Below are positions 27,323 through 35,435 of a stretch of 51,133 nt of DNA, piece after piece. How positions within the stretch are numbered: position 1 is the stretch's first letter; each line of letters begins with the position of its first letter. A program made the translations under genes and the position numbers. The notes under the pieces were generated by a model, which did not search any database, had not been told where the DNA came from, and worked only from the letters and a program-made list of their open reading frames with translations. The stretch lies in the NCBI GenBank assembly GCA_045541015.1, contig JAZQIH010000053.1, positions 1 through 51,133 on the forward strand, in the 5' to 3' direction. This stretch comes from Anaerovoracaceae bacterium. GTDB lineage: Bacteria > Bacillota > Clostridia > Peptostreptococcales > Anaerovoracaceae.

Positions 27323-28604
27323 TTCTCCCGAAGAATATATCAAGGATGTTCAAAGATACATTCGTTGGAGCAGAGCAAAGGTTGTGGCAACAAGAGAGCT
27401 TTCTGACCACATAAACGACCAATACGATGCTTTGCGGGAAAACGGTCTGAATCAGAAAGAAGCAATGAGAAAAGCCATTGAAGAAATGGGCGATGCAGAT
27501 GTAGTTGGGACAGAGCTTGATATTGTCCACCGCCCGAAAGTGAATTGGCTGTTGCTGCTCATAGCAGGCGTGTTGCTGCTGAGTGGTATTCTAATCTCTG
27601 CTATGCTAACCTCAATATCCCTGACCGTACCAAAGATAATCGGTATTGTGCTTGGAGTTTGTGTTGCTGCTTTTTTGTATTTTATTGATTACACTGTCTT
27701 AATTCGCTTTCCAAGAGCGTTATACGGACTGCTCTCACTGGCGGCAATCTTCGGGCTACTCTATGAATTATGGAACGGATTTGCACCGCTTGGATACGGT
27801 TTTCTGTTCTACCTGCTGCTATGCTATCCGATTGTTTTGGTCGGAATCCTGTTTTATGAAAAGAACAGTGAAAGCGAGACAAAAATCATACATTACTGGC
27901 TATATGCTATTTTTCCGCTGACTTTAGCGTTAATAAATCAAGCGTTTCCAGTTTTTGTGTTGCTGTTGGCTTGCGAGCTATTCATCTTTTGCTGCGGGTT
28001 AAAATTAAAATGGCTGAAATGGAATCGTGTTAATATCTTCGGTGTGGCTTGTATGCTGATTTTTCTTATTATCGGAGTGTACCTGTTAAGCCGCTTTTAT
28101 CATCTTTTTCGCTTGCAGGAAAATACAGGATATTTACAACAGCTCGATTTCTTTTCGGTGTTTCGTGAAGCGGAGTTAATTGGAAAAAGCGGAATGCCTG
28201 TTGATGTGAAGGTAATGAGCTACTTCTATGACCACCCAATCACCCTGCTCCTGTACGAATACGGAAAATTTTCACTTGTATTTTTGCTGTTTGTATTCGG
28301 GATATTGTTTGCTATCCTTTACAGGACTTCAAAAAAGCAGGATACAGAGGTTGGCAAACTTCTAACCAATACCGTGCTGTTGATTTATATTTTACGAATT
28401 GTTTTCACTGCCTTATCCGACATTGGGGTTCTTCCGAACTTCTTTATGTGCGTCCCCTTCGTTGTAACAGGAGGAATGTTCATTATTTACGATATGGCAC
28501 TTGTTGGAATTATCCTATCAGTAAACCGCAATGAGAGCATTGCAAAGGATTGGATTAAATTAAAAAGCAAGCGTAACGCTGCTAAAAACGGAGGTCAACT
28601 ATGA
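27300..28604 (+). CDS. membrane protein: N-terminal permease-prefix-like cytoplasmic domain fused to a divergent FtsW/RodA/SpoVE (SEDS)-like polytopic domain
   Basis: The in-frame ATG at 27159 lies inside padR, so a GTG 27300 or TTG 27309 start is more likely. About 10 TM. The C-terminal IGVLPNFFMCVPFVVTGGMFIIYDMALVGIILSV resembles the SEDS motif G-LP-TG-PLPF-SYGGSS....G..LS. Confidence 0.55.
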   Translation: MFCLQEYNSPEEYIKDVQRYIRWSRAKVVATRELSDHINDQYDALRENGLNQKEAMRKAIEEMGDADVVGTELDIVHRPKVNWLLLLIAGVLLLSGILISAMLTSISLTVPKIIGIVLGVCVAAFLYFIDYTVLIRFPRALYGLLSLAAIFGLLYELWNGFAPLGYGFLFYLLLCYPIVLVGILFYEKNSESETKIIHYWLYAIFPLTLALINQAFPVFVLLLACELFIFCCGLKLKWLKWNRVNIFGVACMLIFLIIGVYLLSRFYHLFRLQENTGYLQQLDFFSVFREAELIGKSGMPVDVKVMSYFYDHPITLLLYEYGKFSLVFLLFVFGILFAILYRTSKKQDTEVGKLLTNTVLLIYILRIVFTALSDIGVLPNFFMCVPFVVTGGMFIIYDMALVGIILSVNRNESIAKDWIKLKSKRNAAKNGGQL

Positions 28605-29071
28605 AAAAATTCTTATGTGCTATTCTATTCTTGACGATGGTAATCAGTCTCTCCGCCTGCGGCGGTAAAGGCGTTTCGACACTTGTGAAGCATTATGGTC
28701 AGGAAAAGGTCGATGAAATGGAAATCGAGTGTACCGATGAAACACAGCTAAAGGTCGCAAATGACCTCATAGCAGAAGCAAAGGATATTATGTCTTACTG
28801 CGGGTCAGGAGACGGTACGAATAAAGAGGACTGCGGTGCGTTAGAAAGATACTATTTCTTTGATGATAAGGCGGTTCGGGCAGATGTTTCGATAGAACTT
28901 GTAACCACCAAACAGGAAAATGGGAAGGGATATATCTGGGTGAAATATTCAGCCGATTATTACGATAAGGATGATACTCTCATTTCTGGTAACGGAGAAG
29001 CATATTCACGTTGGGATATTGAACAGTTAGATGGAAAATGGACGGTAACGTTAATTGACGAAATACCGTAA
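28601..29071 (+). CDS. small lipoprotein, function unknown
   Basis: Lipobox LSAC-GG. The ATGA overlap with the upstream stop implies translational coupling. Confidence 0.7.
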   Translation: MKKFLCAILFLTMVISLSACGGKGVSTLVKHYGQEKVDEMEIECTDETQLKVANDLIAEAKDIMSYCGSGDGTNKEDCGALERYYFFDDKAVRADVSIELVTTKQENGKGYIWVKYSADYYDKDDTLISGNGEAYSRWDIEQLDGKWTVTLIDEIP

Positions 29072-29085
29072 GGATTGGTGAGTGT

Positions 29086-29262
29086 ATGCAGAAACAAGCC
29101 GAATGGATATTATGTCCTGTTTGTGGCAACAAAACCCGTGACAGAACAAGATATGATACGGTCTTGAAAAACTATCCTCTCTACTGCCCGAAGTGCAAGC
29201 AGGAAACGCTGATAGAAGCAGAGAACTTGAAAGTAACCGTTATAAAGAAACAGGAAAACTAA
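29086..29262 (+). CDS. cysteine-rich KTR domain-containing protein (58 aa)
   Basis: MQKQAEWILCPVCGNKTRDRTRYDTVLKNYPLYCPKCKQETLIE contains CPVCGNKTR...CPKC. It is not in the ORF track because it is under 60 aa. This family is typical of Firmicutes conjugative or mobilizable elements. Confidence 0.6.
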   Translation: MQKQAEWILCPVCGNKTRDRTRYDTVLKNYPLYCPKCKQETLIEAENLKVTVIKKQEN

Positions 29263-29318
29263 TCTCTATATGTATGCCGCCGTGTATGGGTAAAACCATA
29301 GCGGCGGTTTTTCTTCGC

Positions 29319-30731
29319 CTATCGGCTGCCTCTGTCAAAGGATTTCTTTCGTGGCTTTTGCTGTCTGCCCTGCTCCTGCAACTGTCTGAGCCTGTTTCGG
29401 ACGCTCTCCTTTTCGGGCGGTCTTGGCGGTCTGCTCTTTTGTTTCACCTGACGCTCCCATTCGGCAAGGTCACGGTTGTATTGTTCCACAACGGCTTCCG
29501 CCTCCCGATAGGTCGCCATGAATGCCTGCACATCGGGATAACCGTCCTCCCTGAGAATATCGGGGAGCTTATCCAGCCTGCGGTCAATTTCTTGCTTCGT
29601 CTGCTGTATCTGCTCGGTAAGGGCTTTGCGCTCCTTGCCCTTGAAAATCCCTGTTGTTTCTGCAAGCTGTGTTTTCAGCTTGGGCAGAATGTTGTCCTGC
29701 AAATTCCTAATCCCTCTTGCCTCATCCTGCACCCGTATCATTAGATTCCGCATGGTGCAGAACTCTGTCATATCAATATCCAGCGTGGGCTTCGGCGGTA
29801 TCCCGTATTCACGGATAAGGTTTTGTAAAATGTCCTTCGCCTTGTTCACGATACGGCGGAACAGATTCGGCAGCCAGCCCTCGCTTTTAATGGATTGGCT
29901 AACCTTGTCGTGTATCTCGGTTTGTTTGATTTCCAGTATTTTAGCCTCCTCAATCCCCGATACAAGTGCCATGTCCGCTGTCCTGTTCCATTCCTGCCTT
30001 GTAGCGTTGTCGGCTGCAATCTCTTCGGCTTTGGGATTGTTCTTGCCTATTTTCTTTGTCGGCAGGTACACGCTGTTTTTGTCAAATACCTTCAGGTGCT
30101 GTTCAGGGTTTTCAATATGGAGATTGATAAGGTTTGTATAATCCTCTTTTACCTCCCGAAGAAAAGGCTCTCTCTTGAAGCGGTCATCCTTTACGGTGAA
30201 CAGATGGCTTTCGTAAACCTCTCCCTTTTTGATAATGGTACAGCCTTTTCTTATCTGCCCGTCCTCACCTGTGATTTCCTTCTTGGTGCGTACCCGCTTG
30301 CCTGTTTCGTCAAAGAATACGCTTCTTGTGGCAATCTTCACATCAGGCTCAGGAAGCAGCTTCCTTTCGCTGAAAATCAGATGAATGTGGTAATTGGTCT
30401 TGCGCTTATTGTGGTGCAATGCCGACACACATTCCACGCCGTACCGCCTGCGGAACTCATCTGTAAAATCCTCAAGCACCTGCTGCGGCTCGTACTGCGT
30501 GTAAACTTCGGGCAGGGCGATAATCAGCTCCCTTGCCTCAATACATTTCCCCTCTGCGCCGCTGCGCTGGAACTCCTGCCGGCTCTCCCTTGCGAGATTA
30601 TTCCAAAAGGCATTGTCGGCGGTGCGGTAAGTGGCGTACAGATTTTCCTGTCTTGCGTGGCTGGTGATATACGATATTCGTCCTTTGACATTAGGCAGCT
30701 TCGACATCTGTATGAAGCTGTGTCTTGCCAT
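29319..30731 (-). CDS. MobA/MobL (MobQ-type) relaxase
   Basis: N-terminal ISYITSHARQENLY (candidate catalytic Tyr region), IEARELIIALPE and the HHNKRKTNYHIHLIFSER histidine triad-like motif. The C-terminal half is coiled-coil and basic. Confidence 0.7.
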   Translation of the reverse strand: MARHSFIQMSKLPNVKGRISYITSHARQENLYATYRTADNAFWNNLARESRQEFQRSGAEGKCIEARELIIALPEVYTQYEPQQVLEDFTDEFRRRYGVECVSALHHNKRKTNYHIHLIFSERKLLPEPDVKIATRSVFFDETGKRVRTKKEITGEDGQIRKGCTIIKKGEVYESHLFTVKDDRFKREPFLREVKEDYTNLINLHIENPEQHLKVFDKNSVYLPTKKIGKNNPKAEEIAADNATRQEWNRTADMALVSGIEEAKILEIKQTEIHDKVSQSIKSEGWLPNLFRRIVNKAKDILQNLIREYGIPPKPTLDIDMTEFCTMRNLMIRVQDEARGIRNLQDNILPKLKTQLAETTGIFKGKERKALTEQIQQTKQEIDRRLDKLPDILREDGYPDVQAFMATYREAEAVVEQYNRDLAEWERQVKQKSRPPRPPEKESVRNRLRQLQEQGRQQKPRKKSFDRGSR

Positions 30732-30959
30732 AATCCAACCTTTCTTTAAAATATACCGTTCTCATTTTGCAACCGTCTTGACGGTTGCTGCTGTTTCGGC
30801 GGCTTTGCTGACGGAACAGCGCCGTATCAAAAGCGGCAGGGATTTCCTGCAAGCGTTGATACGGTAGCTCCCCGCAGGGGCGAAATACCCTGAGTACAAA
30901 TCGACAGATTTGTGCGAGGGGTGTATTTCGCTCTCAAACGCCGAGGGCTTTAAGAACGG
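30732..30959. promoter_or_regulatory. candidate oriT region with multiple inverted repeats
   Basis: gcaaccgtc-ttg-gacggttgc (about 30769-30790), cgtatcaa...ttgatacg, and a long imperfect hairpin at 30880-30931 (gcgaaatac...acaaatc-gaca-gatttgt...gtatttcgc), directly upstream of the relaxase gene. Confidence 0.55.
30907..30934. repeat. 28-mer repeat, copy 2 (inside the oriT-like hairpin)
   Basis: See copy 1 at 25991-26018. Confidence 0.9.
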
Positions 30960-31175
30960 TCAATCTACTCGGCGGACATCATTCTGATTGAGAAGATTTC
31001 TGCCTTGATTGACCGTCATAAAACGCTCCAGCGTGTCCCTTCGGATAATGGTCTTGCGCCCTACCTTTAAGACAGGCAGCTTGCCCCAGTCCACCAATTT
31101 CCGCATGGTGTTCCTGCCGATACCCGTACATTCGGCGGCTTCCTCGATGGTCATACCTATTTTAACTGCGTTCAT
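30960..31175 (-). CDS. xis: excisionase-family / MerR-like HTH DNA-binding protein
   Basis: MTIEEAAECTGIGRNTMRKLVDWGKLPVLKVGRKTIIRRDTLERF is the typical excisionase-family HTH_17 pattern. Confidence 0.75.
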   Translation of the reverse strand: MNAVKIGMTIEEAAECTGIGRNTMRKLVDWGKLPVLKVGRKTIIRRDTLERFMTVNQGRNLLNQNDVRRVD

Positions 31176-31202
31176 TATCTCATCCTCCTTTTGAAATACT
31201 TG

Positions 31203-31314
31203 TTTTGCAACTGTACAATCCTAATTATACTTATTTTGCAATCTCGTGTCAACCTGTTTTGCAACTGTTTAGGAATTTTTTTTAATATTTATCCCGTTTC
31301 AGGGTTGCAATCTG
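31203..31314. promoter_or_regulatory. four direct copies of TTTTGCAA(C/T)(T/C)-type motif in the xis/XRE divergent region
   Basis: ttttgcaactgt (31203), ttttgcaatctc (31234), ttttgcaactgt (31257) and ggttgcaatctg (31303). The last copy overlaps the -35. Confidence 0.55.
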
Positions 31315-31333
31315 CATTTTGATGTGCTATAAT
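31305..31333 (+). promoter_or_regulatory. near-consensus promoter for the XRE-int operon
   Basis: TTGCAA, a 17-nt spacer, then TGcTATAAT (extended -10). Confidence 0.7.
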
Positions 31334-31357
31334 GATACTCGTCAGGAGGTGGAAACC

Positions 31358-32023
31358 TTGAAAAAAGAAATTGAATTCACCGCAAAACAAGTCGGTGAAC
31401 GGGTAAAAGAGCGCCGAACAGAACTAAACCTTACCATGCCTGAGCTTGGAAAGCGTATCGGCGTAAACAAATCCACCATTCAGCGGTATGAAGCAGACGG
31501 CGTTGACCCGAAGCGTACTATGATTATCAACGGTCTTGCCGATGCGCTGCTTACCACTCCCGAATGGCTGACAGGGCTTTCCGAGGAAAAGGAATATGAT
31601 GCCCGCACGCTCTGCCAAAAGGACATTGAGGAGCATATCAAAAAGTACCTTGATACGGTTTCCTCCACGGTCAGCGGAGAGCCGCACCAGCAGCTTCTTA
31701 CCACCTTCCTCGGCAAGATGATTGACCTGTACTCGGTGCTGTGCCACTACTTTGCCAACGCTATGGCGGAGGTTGACCGTGTGGCGGAGGACGAGGGCTT
31801 GAAGCAGTCGATTATGCGGTATGCGATTGAGGTGGGCGCAATCGAAGAACGGGTCTACCGCAAAGAAATGGAAATACCTATCGAAGATATGAAGCGTTTT
31901 TTAGACGGAATTTTACATATCTACGATGAGGGACGCACCAAAGTATCTATGGGCGACCTCTTCGGGATAGTGACGGAAGCCGAAAACAGGCTTGCCGAAA
32001 AAGAAAATTCCGTGGCACCTTGA
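31358..32023 (+). CDS. XRE family HTH regulator of the element
   Basis: TTG start 6 nt after aggaggtgg; the upstream ATG at 31319 lies inside the promoter. HTH is LNLTMPELGKRIGVNKSTIQRYE. Confidence 0.7.
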   Translation: MKKEIEFTAKQVGERVKERRTELNLTMPELGKRIGVNKSTIQRYEADGVDPKRTMIINGLADALLTTPEWLTGLSEEKEYDARTLCQKDIEEHIKKYLDTVSSTVSGEPHQQLLTTFLGKMIDLYSVLCHYFANAMAEVDRVAEDEGLKQSIMRYAIEVGAIEERVYRKEMEIPIEDMKRFLDGILHIYDEGRTKVSMGDLFGIVTEAENRLAEKENSVAP

Positions 32024-32130
32024 CAAAAAAATATGCCGATTGAAACCAACCGGCAAAAGTGACATTCTTTACTTTACGCACACCATATGTCACAGTCCCG
32101 ATTGCCACGGATAGAAAGGAGTTTTTATCT

Positions 32131-33429
32131 ATGGCAAAAGGTTCTGTAAGAAAGAAAGGCAAAAAGTGGTACTACCGCTTCTATATCGAAGATGAAAGCG
32201 GCAATCTGGTACAGCGTGAATTCGTGGGAACAGAAAGCAAATCCGAAACGGAAGCCCTGCTCCGCAAGGCGATGGAGGACTACGAGGAAAAGAAATTCGT
32301 TGCAAAGTCTGAAAACGCCACGGTGGGAATGCTGCTGGATATGTGGGTGGAGGAAGAACTAAAGCCCGGCAGTCTCAGCAACGGTACGGTAATGGCATAT
32401 CAGGGTACGGTAAACCGTATCAAGCAGCACCCTATCGGCAGCCGAAAGCTGAAAACCGTCACCGCCGACCATTTGCAGGCGTATATGGATTTTCTCAGCT
32501 TCGGCGGGACAAATCCCGACGGTACAACGGCAAAGGCACTTAGCAAAGGGTATCTGCGTTTGTTCTCGGCAGTCCTGCAAGGAGCGTTCCACTTTGCGGT
32601 ATTCCCCAAACGGCTGATTACCTTCAACCCGATGCAGTATGTGGTATGGCGGGGCAAAAAAGAGGACTATGACCTGTTTTCGGACGAGGACGGCAATACC
32701 GATTCCACACCCACGCTCAGCCATGAGCAATATCTGAAGCTGGAGGAATTTCTGAAAAAGAAAGATAACCCCGCTTTACTGCCCATTCAGATTGCCTACT
32801 ACACGGGGCTTCGCATCGGCGAAGTCTGCGGCTTGACTTGGCAGGATGTCAACCTTGACAAGCAGTACCTTACGGTGCGCCGCAGTATGCGCTACAACGG
32901 GGCAAGGCATAAAACCGAGATAGGAGCGACCAAACGGAAGAAAGTCCGTACCGTGGACTTCTGCGACACGCTGGCGGCGATCCTCAAAGCGGCGAAAACC
33001 GAACAGCACAAAAACCGCCTCCAGTATGGCGGGCTTTACCACCTCAACTACTACACCGAGGTGAAGGAAAAAGACCGTACTTACTACGAGGTTTACAGCC
33101 TGCCGAGGACAGATGAAATCCCAGAGGGGTACAAGGAAATATCCTTTGTCTGCCTCAGACCTGACGGCGCATACGAATCACCGAGTACGGTAGGGATTAT
33201 GTGCAGGACGGCAAGCAGAAAGGTCGAGGGCTTGGAGGGCTTTCATTTCCACCAACTTCGTCACACATTCACGAGCAATCTGCTCTCAAACGGGGCAGCG
33301 CCGAAGGATGTGCAGGAGCTTCTCGGACATGCCGATGTCAGTACCACAATGAATATTTACGCTCACGCTACAAGGGAAGCGAAGCGTACTTCCGCAAGAC
33401 TGCTGGATAAGGTGGTCGGCGGAGAGTAA
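32131..33429 (+). CDS. int: tyrosine-type site-specific integrase
   Basis: [19 protein letters not shown]-terminus (AP2-like arm-binding type), core [13 protein letters not shown] (Arg), HQLRHTFTS (HxxR) and [15 protein letters not shown] (His...Tyr). Confidence 0.9.
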   Translation: MAKGSVRKKGKKWYYRFYIEDESGNLVQREFVGTESKSETEALLRKAMEDYEEKKFVAKSENATVGMLLDMWVEEELKPGSLSNGTVMAYQGTVNRIKQHPIGSRKLKTVTADHLQAYMDFLSFGGTNPDGTTAKALSKGYLRLFSAVLQGAFHFAVFPKRLITFNPMQYVVWRGKKEDYDLFSDEDGNTDSTPTLSHEQYLKLEEFLKKKDNPALLPIQIAYYTGLRIGEVCGLTWQDVNLDKQYLTVRRSMRYNGARHKTEIGATKRKKVRTVDFCDTLAAILKAAKTEQHKNRLQYGGLYHLNYYTEVKEKDRTYYEVYSLPRTDEIPEGYKEISFVCLRPDGAYESPSTVGIMCRTASRKVEGLEGFHFHQLRHTFTSNLLSNGAAPKDVQELLGHADVSTTMNIYAHATREAKRTSARLLDKVVGGE

Positions 33430-33453
33430 AAAACTTTCCCTTGTTTCGGCTCG

Positions 33454-33473
33454 TAAGGGCAAAAACAAGGGAA
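33454..33473. repeat. direct repeat B (right), candidate att core, within a hairpin after int
   Basis: It is 19/20 identical to 26240-26259. ttcccttgttt...aaacaagggaa forms a hairpin at 33436-33473. Confidence 0.6.
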
Positions 33474-33521
33474 AATACATAAGGTTGGAACACAAGATAG
33501 GCGAAATGCCTTGAAAATACA

Positions 33522-33558
33522 GCGTTTTCAGAGGGTTTAACAGATAAATTGGAATTTG
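33522..33558. repeat. imperfect direct repeat A (right)
   Basis: gcgttttcagagggtttaacagataaattggaatttg. It abuts the 3' end of the MmcQ/YjbR gene. Confidence 0.5.
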
Positions 33559-33562
33559 CCGA

Positions 33563-33982
33563 TTACTTGGATATTTCTCTTTTTGGCAGAGGTGTCTTTA
33601 AATTTCCTGTTTTCGATTTCGTTGCCAGATAGCTCTCATCAAGCCATCTGCAGATGTCTTCAAAAGGCACTGACCCATCGAGGGTCATCGACACCCAGTT
33701 CCACTTGCTGCTGGGATAACCGCGCAAATATCCGGGTTCATTCAAAAGCTCTTCCCTAAGCTCTTTATTTTTAATCTTAACACAAAGAACCTCCGCAAAT
33801 CCATCACCATTCAGTCCAAAGGCTTGTCGCTCTTTCAGTATGAATACAGCAAACCACTTGCCGTTTTCTGTGTGGCGGTAGATCTCATAGTCCTCATGAG
33901 AAAACGGAAGAATCTCCGGATCGATATCATATTTATCTTTCGTGTAAGCATCAAGGCGTTTACGGATCGTTTCTACTAACAT
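33563..33982 (-). CDS. MmcQ/YjbR family DNA-binding protein
   Basis: The pattern PFSHEDYEIYRH..NGKWFAVF...VLCVK...PGYLRGYPSSKWNWVSMTLDGSVP is typical of the YjbR family. Confidence 0.75.
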   Translation of the reverse strand: MLVETIRKRLDAYTKDKYDIDPEILPFSHEDYEIYRHTENGKWFAVFILKERQAFGLNGDGFAEVLCVKIKNKELREELLNEPGYLRGYPSSKWNWVSMTLDGSVPFEDICRWLDESYLATKSKTGNLKTPLPKREISK

Positions 33983-34015
33983 ACGTCATCCTCAAAAATC
34001 CGAATTTACAGCTCA

Positions 34016-34876
34016 CTATTTGATCAAAGAAAACCCGTTGTTGTATTCTAAAGAGATAAAACGCGGATGTTCATTTCGGAAAGTATTCGGATAGTGAAGT
34101 ACCAGCCAATAATGCCTATGAAGATCCTGAAAAATCATTCCATGACCTCCGTCATGATCGTAGAGCAGTTTCTCATCAATCGTCCAGTTTCCTGTCAGTT
34201 CATTCGTGTCTGAATGGGCGACAGCCTCCACATAACCTGTTTTTGAATAGGTAGACCAAAGCATATGCAGCTTATCATCCGGAGTGCGAATCAAGAAGGG
34301 TCCATCCGTCACGAAGTTTTTTAATAAGTATTTCTTTACAAATGGTTTCGCCTGTGAAGCGGCAAGTAACTGAAAGGGCTCTCCGATGCTATGCTTTAAG
34401 TCCTGGGATAACTTGATCGCACATATCGTTCCGTCATGGATCTGCCGCCATTCGTGGCAAAAAACCATGTATGGATTTCCGTCTCCGGAAATGTGCAAGG
34501 TGCCATCAAGGCAGCGCCACTTTTTCGGAGTAATGTAACCATCAGACCACAAAGAAAATGGTCCCATCGGAGAATCGGAAACAAGGACAGAAGTTCCCAG
34601 ACCCCTCTTCCTATTAGCAAACGTGGCAAACATATAAAATTTGCCCTTATAAAGATACACTTCAGGAGCCCAGTAACTCTTTCGACTCCAGAACCCGTCT
34701 GGTCTGTGGAACACTTCGTATGGGCCATCCCAGTTCTCAAGATCAGTGCTTATATATACATCAAATCCGTATGCCTGTCCAACGAATGCTGTTTCACTCC
34801 GCGTGCCGTACAAGTAATACCGATTGTCATAAACCAGAACATAGGGGTCTCTTAATCTGATATCTTCTGTTTTCAT
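34016..34876 (-). CDS. glycoside hydrolase family 43 protein
   Basis: IRLRDPYVLVYDNRYYLYGT (catalytic Asp region), YWAPEVY and VTDGPFLI blocks are typical of the GH43 five-bladed propeller. GTG at 34891 is an alternative start. Confidence 0.75.
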   Translation of the reverse strand: MKTEDIRLRDPYVLVYDNRYYLYGTRSETAFVGQAYGFDVYISTDLENWDGPYEVFHRPDGFWSRKSYWAPEVYLYKGKFYMFATFANRKRGLGTSVLVSDSPMGPFSLWSDGYITPKKWRCLDGTLHISGDGNPYMVFCHEWRQIHDGTICAIKLSQDLKHSIGEPFQLLAASQAKPFVKKYLLKNFVTDGPFLIRTPDDKLHMLWSTYSKTGYVEAVAHSDTNELTGNWTIDEKLLYDHDGGHGMIFQDLHRHYWLVLHYPNTFRNEHPRFISLEYNNGFSLIK

Positions 34877-35115
34877 ATTCCCGCTCGCCACATCGGCAAA
34901 TCCCGATTTGTATGGATGTATTATACACTAAAATGGGATGTGGCTTCAATAAAGCTGCTAAGTTAATATCTGACCGATGAAAAAGGTGCTCTGAGGAACG
35001 ATTTTTCAAAAGAAAAAGGCCCTGTTCCTCAGTTGAAGTGAGCACCACCCCAACATTTTTTACAGGGCCAAAAGACTATATAATTTTCTTACAGAGCCAC
35101 AAAACCCAAAGAACC

Positions 35116-35176
35116 CAAAAATGCAAACGAACTGCGATTTTTAAAATCGCAGTTCGAGTGTTTATAAGTTGGTGGA
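35116..35176. repeat. ~60-bp direct repeat, copy 1, containing a 12-14 bp hairpin
   Basis: caaaaatgcaaacgaactgcgatttttaaaatcgcagttcgagtgtttataagttggtgga. About 56 of 61 aligned columns are identical to 41705-41764. Confidence 0.9.
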
Positions 35177-35390
35177 CCAAACCCAGCAAGACTCGAACTG
35201 ATATCAAAAGCATTCTCAGGGTTCGGCTAATGATAAGGCACAATTCAGTTAGCAACTCATACAAAAATCACAGTTTGACCAATATCCTCAGCGACCTGTT
35301 TTGCTAAAAGCAGGATTGTATTATTACTTCCTTTACCAAACTAAACCGAGGTGAATTCTTCTCTGGGTATTATATTAAATGCTGAAAACT

Positions 35391-35420
35391 AAGCCTGCTG
35401 ATAATCTATTCAGCAGGCTT
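35391..35420 (-). terminator. terminator downstream of the LysR gene
   Basis: Perfect 10-bp stem aagcctgctg/cagcaggctt, with a T-containing tail on both strands. Confidence 0.6.
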
Positions 35421-35435
35421 AAGCGGATATTTGTT

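Larger units (their letters stand above)
26056..33558. mobile_element. integrative mobilizable element (tyrosine integrase + Xis + MobQ-like relaxase + TnpV, with cargo); boundaries approximate
   Basis: It has a coherent module set and is flanked by two pairs of direct repeats (26056-26091/33522-33558 at about three quarters identity; 26240-26259/33454-33473 at 19/20). Composition differs from the flanks. Confidence 0.7.

Noticed and set aside
35171-35260. Possible tRNA gene on the minus strand (plus-strand TGGTGGACC...GACTCGAAC reads as a T-loop plus CCA end)
   Set aside because: I could not pair a 7-bp acceptor stem or a 5-bp T-stem; atcag/cttgc are not complementary. I found no matching 5' acceptor strand upstream. 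It is kept only as a low-interest relic hypothesis.
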